Of a stretch of 41,956 nt of DNA, positions 8,925 through 15,638 are shown one piece after another. The stretch's first letter is position 1, and every line of letters starts with the position of its first letter. The position numbers were made by a program, and so were the translations under genes. The notes under the pieces were generated by a model that was not told the DNA's origin, did not search any database, and was given only the letters and a program-made list of their open reading frames with translations. This DNA comes from a virus, in IMG/VR virus record IMGVR_UViG_3300045988_031856; one strand, written 5' to 3'.

Positions 8925-9012
8925 CTCCTATCAGTTTCGGCATCTTGATTAAAAGCCGCGTCTCGAATGCAGCCGGGAGGCGCGCGCCCGGATGTAAATA
9001 AACTGATAGGAG
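8925..9012 (+). promoter_or_regulatory. Structured leader: a 13-bp perfect long-range stem enclosing ~62 nt and sequestering the SD of the next gene
   Basis: ctcctatcagttt (8925-8937) is the exact reverse complement of aaactgataggag (9000-9012). The 3' arm contains AGGAG and is followed by ttttttct and then the ATG at 9021. Inner hairpins exist (cggc…gccg, ccggg…cccgg). Confidence 0.5.
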
Positions 9013-9020
9013 TTTTTTCT

Positions 9021-9740
9021 ATGGCAGACGATTTTATGAGCGGATTCCTCGCCGGACAGGGCGACGGCAATTCCAACCGCGGCGGGATGTTCGGCGGTGA
9101 CGGTTGGTGGGCTATCATCATCTTTGCGCTGATTTTCGGTTGGGGCAACGGCGGCTATGGCTTCGGCGGCAATTCTGGCGGTGTAGTCGATGGTTATGTT
9201 CTTACCTCTGACTTTGCGAACATTGAGCGCAAGATCGACGCGGTGAACAACGGCGTTTGTGACGGCTTCTACGCGATGAACACTGGAATGCTTAACGGCT
9301 TTGCTGGTGTGACGCAGGCCGTGACGAGCGGCTTCTCCGCGGCGGAGCTCGCCCGCTGCAATCAGCAGGCGGCGCTTATGCAGCAGCTCAACGCCATGCA
9401 GATGCAGAATCAGAACTGCTGCTGCGAGAACCGGCAGGCTATCGCACAGGTTCGCTATGACATGGCGACGCAGGCGTGCGATACCCGGAACACCATCCAG
9501 AATGTTGCCCGTGACATCACGGACAACCAGAACGCCGGAACCCGTGCTATCCTCGACTTCCTCACGCAGAGCAAAATCCAGACCCTTGAGGCGGACAATC
9601 AGGCGCTGCGGCTTGCCGCTTCGCAGAGCGCACAGAACGCGACGCTCATCAATGCGCTTCGCCCGTCGCCTATCCCCTCGTACAGCGTGGCTAACCCGTA
9701 TTGCTGCAACACGAACACTTGCAGCGGCTGCGGCTACTGA
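9021..9740 (+). CDS. Accessory cassette protein C: G-rich N-terminus, one TM, Q/N-rich coiled coil, Cys-rich C-terminus
   Basis: ATG at 9021 follows AGGAG. Sequence features in order: GGMFGGDGWWAIIIFALIFGWGNGGYGFGGNSGG, a Q/N-rich region (QQAALMQQLNAMQMQNQNCCCENRQ), and the ending ANPYCCNTNTCSGCGY. Confidence 0.65.
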   Translation: MADDFMSGFLAGQGDGNSNRGGMFGGDGWWAIIIFALIFGWGNGGYGFGGNSGGVVDGYVLTSDFANIERKIDAVNNGVCDGFYAMNTGMLNGFAGVTQAVTSGFSAAELARCNQQAALMQQLNAMQMQNQNCCCENRQAIAQVRYDMATQACDTRNTIQNVARDITDNQNAGTRAILDFLTQSKIQTLEADNQALRLAASQSAQNATLINALRPSPIPSYSVANPYCCNTNTCSGCGY

Positions 9741-9788
9741 ACCAACGTTAATCGGGGCGGGAAATCCCGCCCCTGAAAGGAGTTTATA

Positions 9789-10178
9789 ATGGCTTGCAAA
9801 CCCGTTTGTCAGCTTTGCAAAAGGCTGATTCTTAGCCAAGCGATCACGTTTACCGGAGGGAATCTGGTTGTCAACCTCCCGGATGGCAACTACTCCAACG
9901 GAGAAAAATACTGTATCGTTCTGGCGCAGAGCATCCCAACGACGGCGACGATTAACGCGCCGGTCGTGTTCACCATTGGCGCGGGAACGGCGCAGTTCCC
10001 GCTGACGAATCGTTGCTGCGCTCCCGTAACTGCGTGTGGTGTGCGGACTCGGACGAAGTACAGCACGATTGTAGTCACCAGTGCCACGGGCGGCACGTTC
10101 CGAATGATCGGGAAACCGTGCTGCTCGCCGAGCAATGATCTTACCGCAATTAACGCGGAGACAGGAGCGACGACATGA
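9789..10178 (+). CDS. Accessory cassette protein D: beta-rich, T/A/G-rich protein with paired cysteines
   Basis: AAGGAG RBS. The N-terminus is MACKPVCQLCK, with CC pairs (NRCCAPVTAC, KPCCSPS). A strong hairpin (ggggcggg-aaat-cccgcccc, 9754-9773) lies upstream. Confidence 0.65.
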   Translation: MACKPVCQLCKRLILSQAITFTGGNLVVNLPDGNYSNGEKYCIVLAQSIPTTATINAPVVFTIGAGTAQFPLTNRCCAPVTACGVRTRTKYSTIVVTSATGGTFRMIGKPCCSPSNDLTAINAETGATT

Positions 10179-10729
10179 GAGCGGACAGAATCAGACGCAT
10201 CCGAGACTACCAGACGCAGAATAACCGTGACTATGAGCCGCAGGACAGATACCGTGACAGCCGAGGCCGTGAGCATTACAACAATGGTCGCTATGCCCCA
10301 CGCAATGACTACCGCGACGAATACACGGACTACTACGACGACCGCCGCCGAATTGGATTCTCCTACGAGCCGCGTATGGGAGAGAGTTACGGCGGAGAGT
10401 ATGACCGCGGCTATGCCGGAGGGTACGACCGTATGACCCGCGAAATGGCGGACGAGTGGATGCACGGCCTTGAGAACGAGGACGGCAGTAGGGGCGCGCA
10501 TTGGAGCTTTGACCAGACGTCAAATCTTCTCGAACAGAAGAAAATAGACTGTGATCCGATGGAGTTCTATGTCGCCATTAACATGCTGTACTCGGACTAC
10601 TTCAAGGTGGCAAAGAAATTCAACGTCAACAACACGGAGTTCTACGCCGACCTTGCCGAAGCGTTCCTTTGCGATAAGGACGCGGACGAAGATAAGCTCG
10701 TTCGGTATTACGAGTGTATCGTTGAGTGA
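10175..10729 (+). CDS. Accessory cassette protein E: R/D/Y-rich low-complexity N-terminus plus a conserved-looking helical C-terminal domain
   Basis: ATGA overlap with protein D. The N-terminus is RDYQTQNNRDYEPQDRYRDSRGREHYNNGRYAPRNDYRDEYTDYYDDRRR. The C-terminus is ADEWMHGLENEDGSRGAHWSFDQT…EFYVAINMLYSDYFKVAKKF. Confidence 0.65.
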   Translation: MRADRIRRIRDYQTQNNRDYEPQDRYRDSRGREHYNNGRYAPRNDYRDEYTDYYDDRRRIGFSYEPRMGESYGGEYDRGYAGGYDRMTREMADEWMHGLENEDGSRGAHWSFDQTSNLLEQKKIDCDPMEFYVAINMLYSDYFKVAKKFNVNNTEFYADLAEAFLCDKDADEDKLVRYYECIVE

Positions 10730-10738
10730 GCAAAGAAA

Positions 10739-10766
10739 AAAGGAGGGCCTTTCAGCCCTCCTTTTC
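10739..10766. terminator. Bidirectional terminator hairpin between convergent genes
   Basis: aggagggc-ctttca-gccctcct is flanked by an A-run on the left and a T-rich run on the right. It overlaps the 3' end of the minus-strand HTH gene. Confidence 0.7.
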
Positions 10767-10928
10767 CTTGTTCGCAATGTAGAATGCAATAAGCCGGACA
10801 ACGTACTTCGGCGGGTTGGAAACGCCACTCTCCCAGTTTTCGATGCTTCGCTTTGGAATGCCAAGAAGTTCGGCGAAAGCCCGCTGCGTGAGGCCGGTAG
10901 CCTCACGCAGCGCCTTAATCTCACTCAT
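10752..10928 (-). CDS. Small XRE-family HTH protein (antitoxin-like)
   Basis: The internal ATG gives MSEIKALREATGLTQRAFAELLGIPKRSIENWESGVSNPPKYVVRLIAFYI. The pattern …WE.G…P… is typical of HigA/MqsA-like XRE antitoxins. It overlaps the upstream gene by 8 nt. Confidence 0.7.
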   Translation of the reverse strand: MSEIKALREATGLTQRAFAELLGIPKRSIENWESGVSNPPKYVVRLIAFYIANKEKEG

Positions 10929-11193
10929 TGACCGCCACCTTGCCCCAGAACACCGGGCGAGGCGCGTCGCCGCCGAAGTCAAAGAGAACGGAATAGAGAT
11001 CGCCGTCGTCACCGCGGCAGATCGGGGAATAACCATCGAAAAGATCGTCGCTCAGGCTGTCGGCGTAATTCTCGCCGCGGGTGCGGCGGATGTCGTCGAG
11101 AACTTCGCGGTCGAACTGCGTCGGATCGTCCGTCCATTTGTAACCCTTGCCGGTGAGGTCAAGCTCGCGGTTGTCGATGATTTCAAATTTCAT
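10921..11193 (-). CDS. Acidic 90-aa protein of unknown function, first gene of a two-gene operon
   Basis: ATG at 11193 follows GGAAAGGA (MKFEIIDNRELDLTGKGYKWTDDPTQF…). No family recognised. Confidence 0.6.
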   Translation of the reverse strand: MKFEIIDNRELDLTGKGYKWTDDPTQFDREVLDDIRRTRGENYADSLSDDLFDGYSPICRGDDGDLYSVLFDFGGDAPRPVFWGKVAVNE

Positions 11194-11248
11194 TTTTTGA
11201 TCCTTTCCGGGGCGCTGCCCCTCTGTATTTTTCTTCCTTACGCTTATT

Positions 11249-11277
11249 ATACTACCACCAATTTGGTGATTCGTCAA
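11249..11277 (-). promoter_or_regulatory. Sigma-70-like promoter with a palindromic operator in the spacer
   Basis: The minus strand reads TTGACG-17 nt-TAGTAT(AAT). The spacer contains CACCA-AAT-TGGTG (plus-strand 11256-11268). Confidence 0.55.
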
Positions 11278-11304
11278 TAAGAAGTTTACAAAAACCACAA
11301 ATTT

Positions 11305-11338
11305 TTCAAAAGAAAACGCCGGAGATCAACCCCGGCGC
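11305..11338 (-). terminator. Rho-independent terminator downstream of the integrase gene
   Basis: The minus strand reads cgccgg-ggttgatct-ccggcg followed by ttttctttt. Confidence 0.7.
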
Positions 11339-11392
11339 TGTTCGGAATGTTTAGCTATATTATACTGTAACTGGTGTTAAAGTGCTATATAA

Positions 11393-12685
11393 CTAAACAA
11401 GATCAAAAAAGATATCACCGTTGTTTGCGATGACAATTCGGCGGATGAAGCGATTCCATGCTTCCTTTTTCCCGCTTGGCGGCAGTTTGTCGTATGCGTC
11501 GATTAATGACATGACAAGCGCTTCGTCGATGGGCTTCGGCTCTGGTGGTACGTTGAGTTTTTCCTTTAGGACAGTGTATTCCATTTCGTATTTCTCGCGG
11601 TTGATTAGATCAGCAAGGTAAAGGTCTGTCAGCTTGTCCATTTTCCGTTTGATTGCCGCCGTATCAACCGGCGGTTTTGTTTTTCCCGCTTTGAGCTTTG
11701 CGTTGTGCGCCTGTACCTCTATTGACAGTTTGGCGAGTAAATATTTTTCAAGTGTTGCCTCGTTGATTCTCTTTTTGTGGCGGCAGATGCCGACTTCATA
11801 ATTCTTACACTTGTAATAAAAGTAGTCCGTCCCTCGTTGCCGTGTTGAATGCGTCACAAGGCGTTGTCCGCATTCGGCGCACCAGACAAGGCCGGAGAAA
11901 AGCCAAGCGTGACGTGATCCGTTGTTGCGAACGCTCCTCGCCGTCAGCATCCGTTGTACAAGGGCGAAATCCTCCGGCGGTATCAGCGCGTCGCAGACCT
12001 GAATCCCGTTATTCTTTCCGATGTACCGTTCATTGCCCAGCGCGTTCTTGATGTGATGATTTCCGCGCATAATTCCAAACTCGGAAACGAGCATCTTCTT
12101 GACGTGGTTAACGCTTCCCGTGGCGATGTAATCTTCAAACATTCGCCTCGCAATGTGCGCCGTTTCCTCGTCGATGCAAAGGCGGCTCTCGACGGCCTTT
12201 AACCCGATGGGCGTTTTACCCGCCGGGCAGAGACCAAGCTCCCGCTTATGCTGCATGATCCGTTTAACGCGCTCTGACGTTCTGTCTGCCTCGTCCTGTG
12301 CGACGGACAGCATGATGTTGACCTTTAACCGACCTGCGGCGGTGGCGGTCTCGTAGTCTTCATATGTCGCTTGCCAGACAACACCGCGCGCGTCAAGAAC
12401 CTCCTGCGCCTTGTAAAACTCGCTGATGTTGCGGAACCACCGGTCGAGCTTTGTGAACGCCACGAGATCGATTTTCTCCGCTTCCACGTCAGACAGAAGC
12501 CGCTGCAATTCAGGCCGCTTTGACACGCTTTTCCTGCCGCTTACCCCGGCGTCGACGTAATAATCAACGACCTTGTGCTTGTTTTCCTCCGCCCATCTTT
12601 TTAGGCTGTCCTTCTGGTCATCGACGGAAAGGCCGTGAACGGCTTGTTCTTCCGTGGAGACGCGGACATAAAGTGCAACTCTCAT
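11393..12685 (-). CDS. int: Large serine recombinase (integrase)
   Basis: The N-terminus MRVALYVRVSTEEQ… is a resolvase catalytic domain with a Ser nucleophile. It also has a recombinase domain, a zinc ribbon (CAECGQRL…YYKCKNY) and a C-terminal coiled coil; 430 aa. Confidence 0.9.
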   Translation of the reverse strand: MRVALYVRVSTEEQAVHGLSVDDQKDSLKRWAEENKHKVVDYYVDAGVSGRKSVSKRPELQRLLSDVEAEKIDLVAFTKLDRWFRNISEFYKAQEVLDARGVVWQATYEDYETATAAGRLKVNIMLSVAQDEADRTSERVKRIMQHKRELGLCPAGKTPIGLKAVESRLCIDEETAHIARRMFEDYIATGSVNHVKKMLVSEFGIMRGNHHIKNALGNERYIGKNNGIQVCDALIPPEDFALVQRMLTARSVRNNGSRHAWLFSGLVWCAECGQRLVTHSTRQRGTDYFYYKCKNYEVGICRHKKRINEATLEKYLLAKLSIEVQAHNAKLKAGKTKPPVDTAAIKRKMDKLTDLYLADLINREKYEMEYTVLKEKLNVPPEPKPIDEALVMSLIDAYDKLPPSGKKEAWNRFIRRIVIANNGDIFFDLV

Positions 12686-13242
12686 TTCTTTTTCCCCTTG
12701 TGAATGCTTTTGAAGGCGTAAATGATGGTTGCGACGGAGGCGTTCAGTATCAGGGCGAGGACGCCAGCAAAAATGCTTGTCCCAGCCGAGCGGAAAATAC
12801 CGGCGGTCTCTACCTGGATGTCAAATATGACGTACCATACAACGGCGCACAAAAGAATACTGCATACGCCTATGAGCATATAAATTGTCCTTGTGTGGGT
12901 TTCCCCCTGCTTTCTCAGCCCTGCGTTCATTTCTTGCAGATGCTTTACTTCGCCGGATAACCGCACGTTCTCCAATTCCAGATCATGGACATGCTGTGTG
13001 TCCGGCGGTTCATCCAGACCGACAAGCTCATTCAGCGATAGATTCAATACCTTACAAGTGGCAGCGGCATAAAAAAGGAGCGGGTGCTTGACCCGCCCTG
13101 CATTTGTGTCGCAGATGTTGTTATAGGGAACGCCGGACAGGTCGGACAACTCTTGCAGGGTGAAGCCGCTTGCATTTTTCGCCTTGCGAATTTTGGTGGG
13201 ATAATCGTCTAAGTAAGGCTGTAGGTCTGTGAGCGCGGACAC
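12682..13242 (-). CDS. Membrane-anchored XRE-type HTH protein, translationally coupled to the integrase
   Basis: The probable start is GTG at 13242, after GGAGATGGAG. It has an HTH (FTLQELSDLSGVPYNNICDTNAGRVKHP), a coiled coil (HDLELENVRLSGEVKHLQEMNAGL) and two C-terminal TM helices. Its stop overlaps the int ATG by 4 nt. Confidence 0.65.
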   Translation of the reverse strand: MSALTDLQPYLDDYPTKIRKAKNASGFTLQELSDLSGVPYNNICDTNAGRVKHPLLFYAAATCKVLNLSLNELVGLDEPPDTQHVHDLELENVRLSGEVKHLQEMNAGLRKQGETHTRTIYMLIGVCSILLCAVVWYVIFDIQVETAGIFRSAGTSIFAGVLALILNASVATIIYAFKSIHKGKKK

Positions 13243-13434
13243 TTTTTCTCCATCTCCATTCAGTTGTTGGATTTCCCGGCAGTTTTGGGAACGGTTCTTG
13301 AATCTTCCTCCTGATTTGTGATTTACAACATGGACTTTATGGGCAAGAGCGGGTACGCTTGAGATGTGGCAGACGTGTCGGTTTACCACCTTACCCGAAG
13401 CCCCGGCAGAGGTTGCCGCCAACGCCGGGGCAAC

Positions 13435-13875
13435 TTATTTAAGCCCTACCTGTGATTTCGCAACTACCGTACCGCCTTGAAATGTAACGTTCGCGTTTGA
13501 GCCTATTGAACCGTTCCCGCGCCAGACGTACATTTCCGTTTTCAGCTCGTCTCCGAACATATCGACGGAGGTAGAGAGTTCGCCGTCTGTCCCCACGATC
13601 TCAACAACCTCGTCGTATGTCATTCCGGTTTCGATACGCTCAAATTCAGACATTGAAATTGTAGTGTCCGGCTTCGCCGTTGCGTTCGGAGACGATGCCG
13701 TATAATCGCCGAACGATCCAGCCAACGTCCCAATTCCGGAAATCAAAATAATAATTCCAAGAACTATCTGCCACCACTTACGACCGCGCCGCGCTCCGCA
13801 ATTAGGACATACCTTTGCGTTCTTTGCGATTTCTGCGCCGCAGCACTTGCATACTACCATTTTCCCATTTTTCAT
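13435..13875 (-). CDS. Zinc-ribbon / TM / DUF3862-like extracellular domain protein
   Basis: It has a zinc ribbon (CKCCGAEIAKNAKVCPNCGA) and a TM (WWQIVLGIIILISGIGTLAG). The C-terminal part (SMSEFERIETGMTYDEVVEIVG…YVWRGNG…FQGGTVVAKSQVGL) matches DUF3862 as recalled. Confidence 0.75.
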   Translation of the reverse strand: MKNGKMVVCKCCGAEIAKNAKVCPNCGARRGRKWWQIVLGIIILISGIGTLAGSFGDYTASSPNATAKPDTTISMSEFERIETGMTYDEVVEIVGTDGELSTSVDMFGDELKTEMYVWRGNGSIGSNANVTFQGGTVVAKSQVGLK

Positions 13876-14053
13876 AGTGCTATTCCTTTCCCTTTAATTT
13901 TTGCTGTGGATATGTTTAGAATAACTATTTTCATCGATAGAATCAAGGCGAAATTTGTCGAAAGGCAATAAAATAAGGAGGAAGAAGTGGAAGAAGAGCG
14001 GAAGGAGCTTGTGGAAATGATCTGTCAGATGACAGAGGAACAGTTTGCAGAGT

Positions 14054-14353
14054 TCACAAGGAGAGTACTGCTCCTGCTATCTGACGAAGAGCTGGAATTT
14101 TATCATCAGACAACGCATATACAAGGCCAAGCATTTCGGCTTTCTCCGGAGAAATCTCTTGGCCATCCATCTCAAGGAGAAAATCTGTTGATACTTTAAA
14201 ATGCTGAGCAAACATAATTACATATTTTGAATTAGGCGACGAACCTTTTCTCCAAGCAGTTGGCTTTGATGTGCTAATTCCGAGTTCTTTACATACGGCT
14301 GTAATGTTTGTGTTGTTGGCTTTACAAAGACTTTCGAGAACATCAATAAACAT
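14054..14353 (-). CDS. Repressor-like small HTH protein
   Basis: The pattern LCKANNTNITAVCKELGISTSKPTAWRKGSSPNSKYVIMFAQHFKVSTDFLL is typical of phage XRE repressors. The ATG at 14353 follows GAGGTG; an in-frame GTG at 14362 is an alternative start. Confidence 0.7.
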   Translation of the reverse strand: MFIDVLESLCKANNTNITAVCKELGISTSKPTAWRKGSSPNSKYVIMFAQHFKVSTDFLLEMDGQEISPEKAEMLGLVYALSDDKIPALRQIAGAVLSL

Positions 14354-14365
14354 AAAGGACACCTC

Positions 14366-14394
14366 TTGGCAAACTCCGAAATCGGAGCTATAAT
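14366..14394 (+). promoter_or_regulatory. Strong sigma-70 promoter P1 (rightward) with the palindrome TCCGA-AA-TCGGA in its spacer
   Basis: TTGGCA (14366-14371), a 17-nt spacer aactccgaaatcggagc, then TATAAT (14389-14394). Confidence 0.7.
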
Positions 14395-14447
14395 GGACTT
14401 ACAAAAACACTGTGCGTCCGAATGGGCGCTGGGAATGGTTAAAGCCT

Positions 14448-14579
14448 TTACCGCTTCGACAGCGTATAGCAGCAGATCGCGTTTGTCACGAAGTACGCTA
14501 TGCTGTCCAGAACGTAGCCGTTAGCAATTAGGCGCTTTGCTTCGGCGGCATTGTACGTTGTAACAGTCTTTATGCACAT
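14448..14579 (-). CDS. Micro-protein A, 43 aa (paralog of 14678..14815)
   Basis: GGGAGG lies 5 nt upstream of the ATG. Translation: MCIKTVTTYNAAEAKRLIANGYVLDSIAYFVTNAICCYTLSKR. About 50% of residues are identical to the neighbouring micro-ORF. Confidence 0.5.
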   Translation of the reverse strand: MCIKTVTTYNAAEAKRLIANGYVLDSIAYFVTNAICCYTLSKR

Positions 14580-14617
14580 CACCGCCTCCCGGAAGGACGC
14601 AAAGTGTTAAAAAACAG

Positions 14618-14641
14618 GTCGGCTTGAAATACTGCATCCCC
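14618..14641. repeat. Left arm of a 24-bp inverted repeat (23/24 match to 14820..14843)
   Basis: gtcggcttgaaatactgcatcccc compared with the reverse complement of ggggacgcagtatttcaagccgac. Confidence 0.9.
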
Positions 14642-14677
14642 GAAGTTTGCGGGGGATATAAAAGCGCTTGGATTAGG

Positions 14678-14815
14678 TTACTTAGATAGGATGATGCTTA
14701 TCCCGTCGCCGTTGACGAAATAAGCGACACTATCCAGCTTCCAGCCTTTGGCGATGAGCGAGATCGCCTCGGCAAACGAATCTGTATAGAATCTCTTGAT
14801 TTTCCCACCTCCCAT
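14678..14815 (-). CDS. Micro-protein B, 45 aa (paralog of 14448..14579)
   Basis: Translation: MGGGKIKRFYTDSFAEAISLIAKGWKLDSVAYFVNGDGISIILSK. The motif shared with micro-protein A is AEA..LIA.G..LDS.AYFV……LSK. The SD is weak, and the start lies 4 nt from the right IR arm. Confidence 0.4.
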   Translation of the reverse strand: MGGGKIKRFYTDSFAEAISLIAKGWKLDSVAYFVNGDGISIILSK

Positions 14816-14819
14816 CCGA

Positions 14820-14843
14820 GGGGACGCAGTATTTCAAGCCGAC
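14820..14843. repeat. Right arm of the 24-bp inverted repeat
   Basis: See the left arm at 14618..14641. Confidence 0.9.
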
Positions 14844-14865
14844 GAAATAAAAGGAGGATACGACG

Positions 14866-14997
14866 ATGAAAACGGCGAAAACGCCGGGAAGAAAAAACGG
14901 GTATGCAATCGTCGGCAAAGACTGCGGAAGGGACAAAAACGGCATATTCCGCTGCGTATGCGGAAAATGCGAACGTCAAAAAAAGAAAGGGGTTTAA
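14866..14997 (+). CDS. Small basic Cys-containing protein, 43 aa
   Basis: AAGGAGG lies 7 nt upstream of the ATG. Translation: MKTAKTPGRKNGYAIVGKDCGRDKNGIFRCVCGKCERQKKKGV. Confidence 0.5.
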   Translation: MKTAKTPGRKNGYAIVGKDCGRDKNGIFRCVCGKCERQKKKGV

Positions 14998-14999
14998 AA

Positions 15000-15248
15000 A
15001 TGGCACTTCCCAAATTTATGTTTGTATCCACGGGATACGAAAGCTTTTTCGTGATCGACGGGGTAATGTTCGGCGGCGGGCTGGAACGCCTGTCGCTCGA
15101 CGTGGACGGCGGCGACGTGCATCTCAAGTGCATGGAGGTTAACCCGGCGCACTCGTTCCCCATTACGGCGGACGAAAAGGAAATCCGGCTCAAAATCGAG
15201 GAATACGCGCGGATGACTGAGGAACGCGCCCATAAAGGGAAATCATAA
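15000..15248 (+). CDS. Hypothetical protein, 82 aa
   Basis: The ATG is 3 nt after the previous stop (MALPKFMFVSTGYESFFVIDGVMFGGG…). This is the C-terminal part of the longer track ORF 14796..15248. Confidence 0.5.
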   Translation: MALPKFMFVSTGYESFFVIDGVMFGGGLERLSLDVDGGDVHLKCMEVNPAHSFPITADEKEIRLKIEEYARMTEERAHKGKS

Positions 15249-15551
15249 AAGCGACGACAGAACGCTTATTCCGCGGTCGATCCACTTCTCTATGGTTTCC
15301 GTGTCGCAGTTTTCAAAAAAGATGATCGCCTTGTCGGTAAGATCAAAATCGCCATCAACAATGAACACTTTTAAATATCCAGCATGTTTCAGCTCTGCGC
15401 GGATTGTCTCAAAATCGGGATAGTCCGCGTATTCTTTTGCGAGGAAACGAACGGCTAACTGCTTGCTCATTCCGTCTTTCCTGCGCTTGGAATACGTTTC
15501 CCAAATCTGCTTTAATGCTTTGCGGGATTCTTTTGTAATGTCGTTTTCCAT
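15243..15551 (-). CDS. Hypothetical protein, 102 aa (lysogeny-side accessory)
   Basis: AAGGGGA RBS and a plausible globular composition. It is convergent with 15000..15248. Confidence 0.6.
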   Translation of the reverse strand: MENDITKESRKALKQIWETYSKRRKDGMSKQLAVRFLAKEYADYPDFETIRAELKHAGYLKVFIVDGDFDLTDKAIIFFENCDTETIEKWIDRGISVLSSLL

Positions 15552-15568
15552 AGTATTATCCCCTTTGT

Positions 15569-15602
15569 GCAGCTCCGCTAATTGCGGGGCTGCTTTTTGT
15601 TT
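15569..15602 (+). terminator. Rho-independent terminator for rightward transcripts from P1
   Basis: gcagctccgc-taatt-gcggggctgc (10-bp stem) followed by tttttgttt. Confidence 0.7.
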
Positions 15603-15638
15603 AATACGCCAAAAACTCTAAAATCGGAATTTTACCCA

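Noticed and set aside
11194-11392. attP core for the serine integrase
   Set aside because: The intergenic regions flanking int contain only short palindromes, which are better explained as a promoter operator and a terminator. attP cannot be identified without the bacterial attB or attL/attR sequences.
13987-14199. Plus-strand 70-aa ORF with a strong AAGGAGG upstream of a GTG start
   Set aside because: It is almost entirely antisense to the C-terminus of the repressor-like gene, whose sequence matches a typical XRE repressor pattern. The second half of the plus-strand ORF has a junk-like composition, so it is a likely shadow ORF.
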